DNA from: Treponemataceae bacterium
GTDB lineage: Bacteria > Spirochaetota > Spirochaetia > Treponematales > Rectinemataceae
Length of the DNA stretch: 64,000 nt
Assembly: GCA_963678065.2 (NCBI GenBank)
Contig: CAXXVZ010000004.1
Span: 1-64,000, forward strand
Direction: 5' to 3'
Position numbers and translations under genes: made by a program. How positions within the stretch are numbered: position 1 is the stretch's first letter; each line of letters begins with the position of its first letter. Under the pieces are notes generated by a model. It made no database searches. It saw nothing but the letters and a program-made list of their open reading frames with translations, and was not told where the DNA came from. This document shows positions 29,871-39,562 of this stretch, in pieces.

Positions 29871-30904
29871 AGAATCAGGCGATCGTGATGACCGACGTAA
29901 GGAAATTCGAGATTCGGGATATCGAGATGCCAGTCATCGGCGACGACGAGGTAGGCATCAAGGTGGAGAGCGTAGGAATCTGCGGCTCCGACATGCACTT
30001 CTTCGAGGGAAAGGCCTTCCACATATTCCCGAACTCTCTGCCCTTCGTCCTCGGCCACGAGTGTGGAGGCGTAGTCTTCGCCAAGGGCAGGAATGTCAAG
30101 AAGCTCGAGATCGGGGACCGCGTAGCGATCGAGCCGGGCGTCCCTTGCGGCACCTGCGAGTTCTGCCACTCGGGCAAGTACAACCTCTGCCCGAGTGTCG
30201 TCTTCCTCGCAACTCCCCCGCACGAAGGAGCGCTGAAGCGCTACATCTCCTTTCCCGCACACAAGACCTTCAAGCTCCCCGACAACGTCTCCACCCTGGA
30301 GGGCGCTCTCATCGAACCCCTTTCCGTCGGGATACACGCCGTCGTGACGGGAGGGGTTTCTCTCGGCACGACCGTTGCGATACTGGGCGGAGGCTGTATC
30401 GGGCTATGCACAATGCTCGCGGCTAAAGCCTGGGGAGCCTCGAAGATAATCGTTTCCGACCTCTTCACAAACAGACTTGAGAAAGCCCTCGAACTCGGCG
30501 CGGACTGTGTGGTGAATTCCTCGAGCGAAGATGCGGTCGCAAGGATTCTTGAGCTCACGGACGGCCAAGGTGCCGACATTGTCTTCGAGACGGCCGGGAG
30601 CAACGTTACAGCTGCCCAGACGAGTTTTCTCGTCAAGCGCGGTGGGACAATCGTCATGGTGGGCAATGTTTTCGGGGACACGGCCTTCAACTTCCGCAAC
30701 ATGTACAAAAAGGAAGCACAGCTCAAAAGCGTATTCCGCTACCGAAACACGTATCCGGTCGCCATCCAGGCGGTTTCGGGCGGCAAGATACCGGTCGGGG
30801 GAATAGTCAGCGCCCAATTCGATTTCGAGCATGCACAGCAAGCTTTCGAGCTCGCAGTCGACGACAAGCAGAACTGCATCAAGAACATCATCAATCTCTC
30901 ATGA
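29867..30904 (+). CDS. Zn-dependent sorbitol/YdjJ-like dehydrogenase
   Basis: GICGSDMH, LGHECGG, EPGVPCGTCEFC..GKYNLC, EGALIEPLSVG, GGGCIG and SVFRY. Confidence 0.92.
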   Translation: MKNQAIVMTDVRKFEIRDIEMPVIGDDEVGIKVESVGICGSDMHFFEGKAFHIFPNSLPFVLGHECGGVVFAKGRNVKKLEIGDRVAIEPGVPCGTCEFCHSGKYNLCPSVVFLATPPHEGALKRYISFPAHKTFKLPDNVSTLEGALIEPLSVGIHAVVTGGVSLGTTVAILGGGCIGLCTMLAAKAWGASKIIVSDLFTNRLEKALELGADCVVNSSSEDAVARILELTDGQGADIVFETAGSNVTAAQTSFLVKRGGTIVMVGNVFGDTAFNFRNMYKKEAQLKSVFRYRNTYPVAIQAVSGGKIPVGGIVSAQFDFEHAQQAFELAVDDKQNCIKNIINLS

Positions 30905-30954
30905 CGGACCTGACTCACGTTCTCACCACGTACATTCAAGAGGAGAGAAGCACT

Positions 30955-31791
30955 TTGAACGATCAAGTAAAGGAAATGAAAAAGCTCGCACTCCGGATCA
31001 GGATCGAAACCCTCCACATGCTGGCAGTCCATACCCATGGGCACGTCGGAGGGTCGCTTTCGGTGGCCGATGCCATCGCCGTGCTCTACGGCGGGCAGCT
31101 AAAACACGACCCCAATAACCCCAAATGGGAAGGCCGAGACTATTTGGTCCTTTCCAAGGGCCACTGCGGGCCTGCCCTCTATTCAGCCCTCGCCCTCAGG
31201 GGTTTCTTTCCCCTCGATACACTCATGACGCTCAATCATCTCGGCACGATACTTCCGAGCCACAGCGACAGGAACCTCACTCCAGGCGTCGACATGACGA
31301 CCGGCTCCCTCGGTCAAGGCGTGTCCTGCGCACTCGGCATGGCACTCGGCCTCAAGATCGACGGTAAAGAAAACTACGTTTACTCGATCATCGGCGACGG
31401 CGAAGCCCAGGAAGGCCAGGTATGGGAAACGATGCTCATTGCCCCTGCAAAGAAGCTTTCACGTTTCATCGTGATGATGGACAACAATAAGCAGCAGCTC
31501 GACGACTTCACTGACCAGATCAGCCCTCTTGGCGATGTACGCAAGAAAGCCGAGGACTTCGGGTGGAACGCCCTCTCGGTTGACGGCCATGATGTCGGGG
31601 CCATCAATGAGGCCATTGAGGCTTGCAAAAAGTCCGGCAAGCCCGGCTTTATCGAACTCAGGACCGTGAAGGGCAAGGGCTGGAAAGAGAAGGAAGCCGT
31701 CAACGGCAACCATGGCGTGAAGGGCATTACGCTAGACTTGGTCAAGGACGCGATCGGGCTGCTCCAGCGCGACCTTGACGATTTGTGCTAA
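30955..31791 (+). CDS. Split transketolase, N-terminal (ThDP-binding) subunit 1
   Basis: GHVGGSLS, LSKGHCGP, TTGSLGQG, GDGEAQEG...DNN and TVKGKG; TTG start after GAGGAG. Confidence 0.92.
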   Translation: MNDQVKEMKKLALRIRIETLHMLAVHTHGHVGGSLSVADAIAVLYGGQLKHDPNNPKWEGRDYLVLSKGHCGPALYSALALRGFFPLDTLMTLNHLGTILPSHSDRNLTPGVDMTTGSLGQGVSCALGMALGLKIDGKENYVYSIIGDGEAQEGQVWETMLIAPAKKLSRFIVMMDNNKQQLDDFTDQISPLGDVRKKAEDFGWNALSVDGHDVGAINEAIEACKKSGKPGFIELRTVKGKGWKEKEAVNGNHGVKGITLDLVKDAIGLLQRDLDDLC

Positions 31792-31822
31792 TACGCTGAA
31801 TGGAACGAGGAGGCTACACACC

Positions 31823-32797
31823 ATGATAAATCTGGCGAAAGAAAATACAATCGAGGCGATCGACCTTAAAGGCGCCTATATGAACGAGCTGATCCGACAG
31901 GCCGAGAAGAATCCGAACATCGTAGATGTCGAAGCGGACCTCGCGAATGTCATCAACGGTCCCGACTTTAAAAAAAGGTTCCCGGAGCGCTTCTTCGATA
32001 TAGGCATCGCCGAGCAATCGCTTTCGAGCATCTCGGCGGGCCTTTCAGCTGTCGGCAAAGTACCATTCTGCCACAGCTTCGCGTCCTTCGCCTCCCGGCG
32101 CATGTGCGACCAGAACTACATCTCCTGCGCCTACGGGCAGAACAACGTGAAGATCGTAGGCACCGACCCTGCGATTTCGGCGGGTGAGAACGGCGGCACG
32201 CACCAGGCCAACGAGGATCTCGCCCTGTTCCGACCCATCGCGGGCATCACGATCATCGAGCCCACCGACGTCGCGCTGATGACCTGGGCTATCCAAAAGG
32301 CGGCACAGAAGCACGGCGTGTTCTACATCCGGGTGCAGCGCGTCGGCAACGTGAAGATCTACGAGGAGGGCTCGACCTTCGAGCTCGGCGTGGCCAACCT
32401 CGTGCGCGAAGGCAAGGATGCGACCTTGATCGCGACCGGGAACCTCATGCTGAAGACCTGTCTCGAGGCGCGGGAACTTCTTGCGAAGGAGGGCTTCTCC
32501 GTTCGCGTGATCGACATGTTCACCGTGAAGCCCATCGACGCCGAATGCATCCTGAAGTGCGCCGCTGAAACCGGGGCCATCGTGACGGCGGAGAATCACA
32601 ATATCGTCGGCGGCCTCGGGAGTGCCGTCGCCGAAGTCCTCGCGGAAGGCGCCTGCGGAGCGCCACTGAGGCGCATTGGGGTACCTGACCGCTTCGGCGA
32701 AGTGGGCACGACGGACGAACTCCAGCGGGCCATGCACATGACCGCGGAAGACGTGGCCGACGCGGCGAAAAAGGCGATCGCGGCCAAGAAGCGCTGA
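31823..32797 (+). CDS. Split transketolase, C-terminal subunit 1
   Basis: FFDIGIAEQ, NGGTHQ, YIRVQR, FTVKPID and AENHNIVGGLG; GAGGAGG RBS. Confidence 0.93.
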   Translation: MINLAKENTIEAIDLKGAYMNELIRQAEKNPNIVDVEADLANVINGPDFKKRFPERFFDIGIAEQSLSSISAGLSAVGKVPFCHSFASFASRRMCDQNYISCAYGQNNVKIVGTDPAISAGENGGTHQANEDLALFRPIAGITIIEPTDVALMTWAIQKAAQKHGVFYIRVQRVGNVKIYEEGSTFELGVANLVREGKDATLIATGNLMLKTCLEARELLAKEGFSVRVIDMFTVKPIDAECILKCAAETGAIVTAENHNIVGGLGSAVAEVLAEGACGAPLRRIGVPDRFGEVGTTDELQRAMHMTAEDVADAAKKAIAAKKR

Positions 32798-32827
32798 AGC
32801 GCCGAGGCGCTTCGAATGCGCGAGAAC

Positions 32828-32866
32828 AGGCGCCGCCGGATCGAATCGGGCGGCGCTTGCTTTTTC
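32828..32866 (+). terminator. Possible terminator or mRNA-stabilising hairpin after transketolase 1
   Basis: AGGCGCCGCC...GGCGGCGCTT followed by GCTTTTT; a second short hairpin GAAGCGCC-GA-GGCGCTTC lies at about 32796-32813. Confidence 0.45.
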
Positions 32867-32912
32867 CCCGCCCGAATAGCCGCGCGCAGATGCCATGACT
32901 GAGAGGAGAGAC

Positions 32913-34052
32913 ATGATGGACCTGTTTTGTGTGAAGCCTAAGATTTGCTATTTCCAAAGTTTCATCGAGTTCCTGAGGGAGTTCAGGCTTTCCGGGACTG
33001 ACCTCATCTTGACCGAATCGATCATTTTCGACAGGTACATCAAGCCGCTCGGTCTTCCCAGCAATGTCATTTTGAAGGACCACTACGATCAAGGCGAGCC
33101 GAACGACGAGACGATCGACCGTATCTTCTCTGATACGGCGGGCATCACGATCGAGCGCATCGTGGCGATCGGTGGGGGCAGCGTCATAGACATTGGCAAA
33201 ATGATGATGATTCGCGGCGCATACCCCTTCCGCGACGTCGCCTCAGGCAAGACGCCGATCGAAACCGACAAGACTCTCATTGTTATTCCAACGACTTGCG
33301 GAACCGGCAGCGAGGTTACCAATGGCGGTATAGTGACGATGAAGGAAACCGGCCTCAAGACGGGAATAATGAGCGAAAAGCTCACGGCAAGCTTCGCAGT
33401 GCTGATACCTGAGCTCCTTGATGGACTGCCTCACAAGGTTTTCATGTACTGCTCCGTGGACGCTCTCAGCCATTCGATAGAGTCCTTCCTTTCGCCGACC
33501 CGCGGCAACGAAATGGCGAGGGCTGTCGGGGCGCGGAGCATAGAGCTGATTCTCGGCGGCTATGCTGACATGATCCGCGATGGGCAGGGAGCCCGGAAGA
33601 GCCTGCACGGCGATTTCATAATCGCGAGCTGCCTCGGCGGAATGGCAGTGAACAACGGGGGTGCAGGCCCGGTCCACGCCCTCGCCTATCCCCTGGGCGA
33701 GAAGTACAAGATGTCGCACGGTGAGTCAATATACCAGTTCCTTACTGCCGTTCTGCAGCTCTATCTTGAAGCCAAGCCCGAGGGCGAGATCCTGCGGAGG
33801 CTCGTCGCGCTCATCCGCGCGCCTCTCGAGAAGGCCGGCTTTCCGATACGCGGCGGTGACGCGTTCAGTCGGCTCGAGGAGATGCTCAACGCGGTCTATC
33901 CCGCGCGGAGGCTCCACGAGTGCGGCATGATCGAGGACGAGATCGGGATTTTCGCAGAGAGTGTCATGCGGACCAAACAGAGGTTGATCATTGCAAGCTA
34001 CATACCTTTCACCGAAGAGCACGCGAAGATCGTTTACAGGCGGCGCTACTGA
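32913..34052 (+). CDS. Iron-containing (group III) alcohol dehydrogenase, 4-hydroxybutyrate-dehydrogenase-like
   Basis: GEP, IGGGSVIDIGK, IPTTCGTGSEVT, DALSH, VHALAYPLG..Y...HGES; GAGGAG RBS. Confidence 0.88.
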   Translation: MMDLFCVKPKICYFQSFIEFLREFRLSGTDLILTESIIFDRYIKPLGLPSNVILKDHYDQGEPNDETIDRIFSDTAGITIERIVAIGGGSVIDIGKMMMIRGAYPFRDVASGKTPIETDKTLIVIPTTCGTGSEVTNGGIVTMKETGLKTGIMSEKLTASFAVLIPELLDGLPHKVFMYCSVDALSHSIESFLSPTRGNEMARAVGARSIELILGGYADMIRDGQGARKSLHGDFIIASCLGGMAVNNGGAGPVHALAYPLGEKYKMSHGESIYQFLTAVLQLYLEAKPEGEILRRLVALIRAPLEKAGFPIRGGDAFSRLEEMLNAVYPARRLHECGMIEDEIGIFAESVMRTKQRLIIASYIPFTEEHAKIVYRRRY

Positions 34053-34053
34053 C

Positions 34054-34920
34054 ATGGGCGGCAGCGCGACGGATTCGAACAATACGGGCGGCGCAGGCGA
34101 CGTGTACCGGTTCGGGATCTGCGAATGGACCCTACCGGCCTGCGGCGCCGCCGCGGTAGAACTCGCGGGCCAAGCCGGCTTCGAAGGGATACAGCTTGGC
34201 GATCTAGGAGGCTCGGCAAAGAGGTACCCCCTGTGTGACGAGAGAGTCCAGGCCGAAATACTCGAAGCCTCAGCCCACACAGGCGTGGAACTTCAGGCCC
34301 TTCACCTCCATACCCTCGTGCGCGAAGGCGGCATGATCCATCCAGCAGGCACTCAAGAAGGGCAATCCGCGATGGAGAGCATCCGCAGGGGCGTCGAATC
34401 CTGCCGCGCTCTGGGGATACCGGTCCTCATGCTCACCTCGGGCTTCGCATGCGAGATCCGCGACGAGGAAGGCTTCTTCGCCTTCTCTCGGATGCTCACC
34501 TACGCCTGCGACATCGCGGACGATTCAGGCGTGCGGATTGTCTTTGAGAGCATCCTCGGAGTACCCGACATCCTCAGGATGCGCCGGGCTACCGGCGGTA
34601 GGATGAGGATCTGCTACGATACCTTCAACATGATACGATTCGGCAGGGGCAATCCCCTCGAGGACCTCGCGCGTCTGGAACCGGACGACATCGACCATTT
34701 CCACCTGAAGGACGCCCCGCCCGACCTGAAGGGTTGTGTCCTCCTGGGCCGGGGCTGTGGCTGCTTCGACGAAGTCGCGCGCAGAATCTGCGAGACAGGC
34801 TTCTCCGGCTGGCTTGTTTCGGAAAACTACTACGCCCAGCCGCCCCTCTGCGAGGGCGGCGATCCCGTCACGCTCGCCCGCCTCGACGCTGAGATGATGA
34901 GGGCCAGCTTCAGGAACTGA
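34054..34920 (+). CDS. Sugar (phosphate) isomerase/epimerase, xylose-isomerase-like TIM barrel (AP_endonuc_2)
   Basis: AGFEGIQL, IVFES, ICYDTFN, HFHLKD, LGRG and GFSGWLVSENYY metal-site pattern. Confidence 0.82.
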   Translation: MGGSATDSNNTGGAGDVYRFGICEWTLPACGAAAVELAGQAGFEGIQLGDLGGSAKRYPLCDERVQAEILEASAHTGVELQALHLHTLVREGGMIHPAGTQEGQSAMESIRRGVESCRALGIPVLMLTSGFACEIRDEEGFFAFSRMLTYACDIADDSGVRIVFESILGVPDILRMRRATGGRMRICYDTFNMIRFGRGNPLEDLARLEPDDIDHFHLKDAPPDLKGCVLLGRGCGCFDEVARRICETGFSGWLVSENYYAQPPLCEGGDPVTLARLDAEMMRASFRN

Positions 34921-34931
34921 GGGCCGGTCCG

Positions 34932-35750
34932 TCAGTGTATGAAGGTGCCGCCGTTCACGAGGAGCGTCTGGCCGATCGTATAGGCGCTTGCGTCTGAGGC
35001 GAGGAAGGCCACCGCGTTAGCTATCTCCCAGGGTGTTCCCAGCCTTTTCAGCGGAGTCCGCGCCACCATCTCATCCAAAGCCGACTTGGCGTACCTGGCC
35101 GCTTTCGAATTCCGATCGGCGCTCGATTCCATTCTTTCCATCCTCGTCGTCCTCGTGAGGCCGGGGGCAACGCAATTCACCCTTATCCCGGCTGGCGCGA
35201 GTTCGACGGCGAGACTTCTGGAGAAAGCGATGACACCGCCCTTGCCCGCGCTGTACATTGTCGACCCCGGCAAGCCCGCCGTCACTCCCGCCTCGGATAC
35301 GATATTCACGATAGCGCCGCTTCCCTGTTTCAGCATGGACCGGAGCACGGCCCTTGTACAGCGGATAGTCCCGTTTAGGATGATGTTGAGCTCGGGGGAA
35401 AAATCTTCGTCCTCCCCGAAGTCCTGGAAGAGTTTCCGCGTCGTCGGATCTCCATCAACATAGACTATGCCCGCATTATTGACGAGTATGTCGATCTTTC
35501 CAAAGCGCTCGATCGTCTGGGCGACCATCGCCCTTATCTCATCCGGATTCGTCACATCGGTTTTCACCGCAAGGGATCCCACGCCCAACGACAAGGCTAT
35601 GTCGGCGACAACCCGGGCTTCTTGGAAATCCAAATCGCTCACCACCACATCAGAACCTTCGCCTGCAAGGGTGAGCGCTGTCGCTTTTCCGATTCCCCTC
35701 GCCGCTCCGGTGATCACCGCTACCTTCCCTTTCAGTTTAAGATCCATCAT
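34932..35750 (-). CDS. Short-chain dehydrogenase/reductase (FabG-like fold)
   Basis: TGAARGIG, DILVNNAG, YSAGK (YxxxK) and IRVNCVAPG; GAGGAGG RBS. Confidence 0.93.
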   Translation of the reverse strand: MMDLKLKGKVAVITGAARGIGKATALTLAGEGSDVVVSDLDFQEARVVADIALSLGVGSLAVKTDVTNPDEIRAMVAQTIERFGKIDILVNNAGIVYVDGDPTTRKLFQDFGEDEDFSPELNIILNGTIRCTRAVLRSMLKQGSGAIVNIVSEAGVTAGLPGSTMYSAGKGGVIAFSRSLAVELAPAGIRVNCVAPGLTRTTRMERMESSADRNSKAARYAKSALDEMVARTPLKRLGTPWEIANAVAFLASDASAYTIGQTLLVNGGTFIH

Positions 35751-35871
35751 GCACCTCCTCGCGGTATCGCCGACGCGCACAACTTCTTAGAGCATCCCAT
35801 CAGCGCCGGAGAAAGAGAAGCGGGGCGCCACTCTCTCACCGGTTCCTTGGCGAGCGCGGGAGTTGTCCAGC

Positions 35872-36372
35872 TTATTTCTTGTAGTATTCCTTAGCCTTAG
35901 GGCCGCCCACCACGCTCCCGCACTCGAGCATGATACCAAGCAGTGAGTTCAGGTTGTACATTGCATAGAGCTTTCCCTGGATTTCACCGTTTGTCATCGG
36001 CACGATGCCTTTTTCCTCCATTGTGCGGATGAAGCCTTCCCTGTCCTCGAGCTTGATGTTGATGTGGTGAATCCCCTCGCCCGAGCTGTTAAGAAAATCG
36101 GAAAAGGGATCCCCTCCCTTCTTTTCCAGGGGTTCGATCAGCTCGAACTCCAGGTCGCAGAGGTTGAACTTGGCGATGCGGATCCAGAACTCAGCGGGTT
36201 TCCCCATGTAATTGTTCGTAAAAAGCCCCGATCCAGCCAGGTCTTTCGTACACTTGTAGGTGATCGTGCTCTCGTCGATCTCGAAGAGCTCTTTCCAATT
36301 CTTGATCTTCTCGTCGATGTCCCTAACGACCATACCAATCTGGAATATGCACTCGACCCTAGTCTTTTTCAT
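35872..36372 (-). CDS. VOC/glyoxalase-family protein (methylmalonyl-CoA epimerase-like)
   Basis: QIGMVVRDI, FELIEP, FL...GEGIHHI and MLE; AGGAG RBS. Confidence 0.85.
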   Translation of the reverse strand: MKKTRVECIFQIGMVVRDIDEKIKNWKELFEIDESTITYKCTKDLAGSGLFTNNYMGKPAEFWIRIAKFNLCDLEFELIEPLEKKGGDPFSDFLNSSGEGIHHINIKLEDREGFIRTMEEKGIVPMTNGEIQGKLYAMYNLNSLLGIMLECGSVVGGPKAKEYYKK

Positions 36373-36385
36373 GAGCCTCGATCTC

Positions 36386-37684
36386 CTACTTCGCCAGATT
36401 CGGCAGGAACATTGCGATGATCGGGAATAGCAGCAGCAAGAGGACATGGAGCGTATCGGATCCAAGGAAGGGCCACAGATTCTTGAAAACCTTGCCCTGC
36501 GGAACCTTCGCCATACCGGATACCACCATGGCGCTGAGGCCCAGGGGCGGGGAGATGCCGCCGATCGTGATCATCCTGCAGCAGATTATCCCGAACCAGA
36601 CGAGATCGTAGCCCTGCTGGACGACGATAGGCGCCAGGATCGGAACAGTGGTCCACAGCATGGCGTTCTCGTCCATCGCGGTGCCGAGGACGATGTAAAG
36701 GAGGATGATGAAGCCCATGATGGCAATGGGCGGGACGTTCATGCGCCCGATCAGGTTGGCGAGCTCCGTGGGGATGTTTGTCGCGGCAAAAAAGCTCGTC
36801 AGCAGTTTGGCGCCAATCAGCATGGCGTAGATCATTCCGGTCATCTTGATCGTCGATTTCAGCGCCTCGACGATCTTCGACCAGTTGAGCCGACCGCGCA
36901 GGAGCGGGATCACAAGGGCTCCGAAGGCGCCGAAGGCGCCGCCTTCGGTCGGAGTGAACCAGCCGACTGTGAGGCCCACGAGGACGAGGCCGAACAGTAC
37001 CCAGACCTCAAGGCTCACGCCGAAGGCCTTAAACCTGTCGGCGAGGGAGAACTTGGGTCCCCTGGGTCCTTTCTCTGGATGGAGGTAGCAGATGATCCTG
37101 ATGGTGATGATGTAGAAGACGGCCTGCAGGATTCCGGGGATATAGCCGGCCAGGAAAAGCTTCGCGATGGAGGTCTGTGTCACGATTCCGTACATGATCA
37201 ACATCGCGCTGGGCGGGATGAGCAGGCCCAGTGTGCCGCCAGCCGCGAGGCTCGCGGATGCGAGCCCTTCGTCGTAGTTCGCCTTCTTCATTTCAGGAAG
37301 CGCCACGAGGCCGATGGTGGACGTCGTCGCGATGACCGAGGCACTCACCGTGCCGAAGGCGGCGCAGCCACCGATCGTCGCCATAGAGAGACCGCCGGGC
37401 AGGTGTCCGAGCCAGGCCCGCGCGGTGTAGTAGAGCTTCTCGCCCATGCCCGAGACGAACAGGAGGTTCGCCATCAGGAGGAACATGGGCAAGGCCGCGA
37501 GATCGTAGCTCGTGAGCATGTCGAACGGCACCGCCCCGGCCTTGACCAGCGCCGCCGGAAGCCCGAGGAGGAACCAGATGCCGCCCAGGGAGACCACTAT
37601 CATGTTGATGACGAGCGGCAATCCTGCGGCGAGGAATACGCAGAAGACGATCATCCCCAGAATGCCAACTTCGATGGGGCTCAT
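36386..37684 (-). CDS. dctM: TRAP transporter large permease
   Basis: LAALPMFLLM, GHLPGGL, ALPEMKK..YD, GGTLGLLIPPS, FTPTEGGA and ISPPLG. Confidence 0.93.
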   Translation of the reverse strand: MSPIEVGILGMIVFCVFLAAGLPLVINMIVVSLGGIWFLLGLPAALVKAGAVPFDMLTSYDLAALPMFLLMANLLFVSGMGEKLYYTARAWLGHLPGGLSMATIGGCAAFGTVSASVIATTSTIGLVALPEMKKANYDEGLASASLAAGGTLGLLIPPSAMLIMYGIVTQTSIAKLFLAGYIPGILQAVFYIITIRIICYLHPEKGPRGPKFSLADRFKAFGVSLEVWVLFGLVLVGLTVGWFTPTEGGAFGAFGALVIPLLRGRLNWSKIVEALKSTIKMTGMIYAMLIGAKLLTSFFAATNIPTELANLIGRMNVPPIAIMGFIILLYIVLGTAMDENAMLWTTVPILAPIVVQQGYDLVWFGIICCRMITIGGISPPLGLSAMVVSGMAKVPQGKVFKNLWPFLGSDTLHVLLLLLFPIIAMFLPNLAK

Positions 37685-38241
37685 TTGTTCCACTCCTTCC
37701 TGATGGCCAACCAGGCTTTGCTGGCGACGATGGTCGTCCAGAGGAGCAGCCCGATCACGAACAGAATCCTGAATGGGATGTAGTTGATCCGCAGCGCGGC
37801 CGAATACTCGCCCACGGCGAAGCAGTCTATCACCTGGGATGCCGAACTCCAGACGAGGACGCCGAGGACGGCGATGTACAGGAGCTGGTTGAATATGAAG
37901 AGTATGATCCTGGGAACCTTGGGGAGCCTGCTGACGATGCCGTCCGACGAGATGTGGCTGGCGCATCGCTCGGTGTAGCTGAACGCGAAGGTCACAGCCA
38001 GGATCATGCTGACCTCGGTTATCTCGTAGAGGCCGATGATGACTTTGCCAGTGAGGGTCCGCCTGATGACATTGGCGGAGATGAGAAGCACGCCCGCGGA
38101 TAAGCCTATTCCTGACAGGACGGCGCCCCAGCCCGCAAGCCTATACAGGACACGCAACAGAGGATTTACCTCCGTATCTTCCTGCAACCCTTCGTACTTG
38201 TCGATGATTTCTAGCACATCCTGCTGATCAGGCACTTCCAT
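37681..38241 (-). CDS. dctQ: TRAP transporter small permease
   Basis: Four TMs, NVIRR...EITE and HISSD; between dctP and dctM; GGAGG RBS. Confidence 0.88.
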   Translation of the reverse strand: MEVPDQQDVLEIIDKYEGLQEDTEVNPLLRVLYRLAGWGAVLSGIGLSAGVLLISANVIRRTLTGKVIIGLYEITEVSMILAVTFAFSYTERCASHISSDGIVSRLPKVPRIILFIFNQLLYIAVLGVLVWSSASQVIDCFAVGEYSAALRINYIPFRILFVIGLLLWTTIVASKAWLAIRKEWNK

Positions 38242-38340
38242 GTAACCCTCCTGGGAATCGTGTACGCACTTCAATCTGTACTTCCATCGCGGCGCAGCCT
38301 GTCGGCGTGCCACGACGGAAGCACAAGTCTTTTTTTCCGA

Positions 38341-39453
38341 TTACTGGTACCTGAATTCCTTCCAGACGTCTTCGTAGGTGAGGCCTTTGTCATTGTACTC
38401 CGCGATGAGATCGCGCAACTGTTTTAAAATCCTCGTGCCGGGCAGTCCCTGGTCGTTGAGCCGTTTGGCGGTGACTTCGGCGACAGGAGCCCAGAGCGCG
38501 TCCCACTTTGCCTTCTCCGCTGGGGACTGGGCAAGAAGTACGACGCCGGCCTTTCTAGCGGCCTCTTCGCCCTTCCTGGTGGCGCTCATCTGCGCCTCAA
38601 GGGCGAACTTATTCCACTCCGTATAGCTTTCTACGATGAGCTTCTGGAGGTCAGCCGGGAGTTTGTTGAAGGAAGCCTTGTTCCACATGCGGTTTGTGCT
38701 CGCGGTGACAGGCGGGGCGTAGAGGCTCTGGTACTTTAAAACCTCATAGAACCTGAATGAGTACACAGCCTCGTAGGGGCAGATGTTTCCCTGAACTATG
38801 TTCTTCTGCATCATCAGGTAGGCCTCGCCCATGGGAACGGTGACAGGCTGGGCGCCGACGGCCTTGAGGACGTCCACGCTCGCGACCGAGGTTCGAATGC
38901 TCAGTCCCCTGAGATCTTCCACGCCGTTGATCGGCTTTTTCGTGGTCCACATGAAGAAGGGCTGAGCCATTTCATGGACCTGGATCGGGATCGTGTTGGC
39001 GGGATATTCCGCCTGGAGTTCGGGGGTGGACCAGAAGAACTTGTTGTGGATGAGAAGCGCTGCGGGGGTGTTGTTGCTGCCCGCCATCATGTTCCGCTCG
39101 TCCCTGAAGATCGGGAAGCCGGTTTTGCCGTAGGCGGGATCCGTGTAGCCCAGGTCGGCCACGCCTCGGGCTATTTCCATGGGACCATTCTCGTTGCTAA
39201 TCAGAGTCGCTCCCCAGTAGCGCTGGAACTTGATCCGTCCATTGGAAATCTTCTCGACATAGTTCATCCACTGCTCGTCTGCCGCCGCGTAGGGATGAGG
39301 CGGGGTCTGGATGGACGCGAACTTGAGGGTGATCACGTCCGCAGCGAAGACTGAAACCGCTGGAAGCAGTATCATGGCCAGGATCATCAGCAAGACCAGA
39401 ATGCCCTTGCGCCCGAGAGTACTCCGGATCATCGATCGACTAGAATTCCTCAT
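38341..39453 (-). CDS. dctP: TRAP transporter substrate-binding protein
   Basis: Signal peptide; SNGRIKF, KPINGVEDLRGLSIRT (conserved Arg), VPMGEAY and FNKLPADLQ. Confidence 0.9.
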   Translation of the reverse strand: MRNSSRSMIRSTLGRKGILVLLMILAMILLPAVSVFAADVITLKFASIQTPPHPYAAADEQWMNYVEKISNGRIKFQRYWGATLISNENGPMEIARGVADLGYTDPAYGKTGFPIFRDERNMMAGSNNTPAALLIHNKFFWSTPELQAEYPANTIPIQVHEMAQPFFMWTTKKPINGVEDLRGLSIRTSVASVDVLKAVGAQPVTVPMGEAYLMMQKNIVQGNICPYEAVYSFRFYEVLKYQSLYAPPVTASTNRMWNKASFNKLPADLQKLIVESYTEWNKFALEAQMSATRKGEEAARKAGVVLLAQSPAEKAKWDALWAPVAEVTAKRLNDQGLPGTRILKQLRDLIAEYNDKGLTYEDVWKEFRYQ

Positions 39454-39562
39454 CTTCTTCCTCCTTGGTACTTGAAATGCAGAGGCATTCCTATGAACAC
39501 CTCACGATCTACCACGGCATCACGCCGCATATCGCACCTTCAATGGACCATCCATCCGCCAA

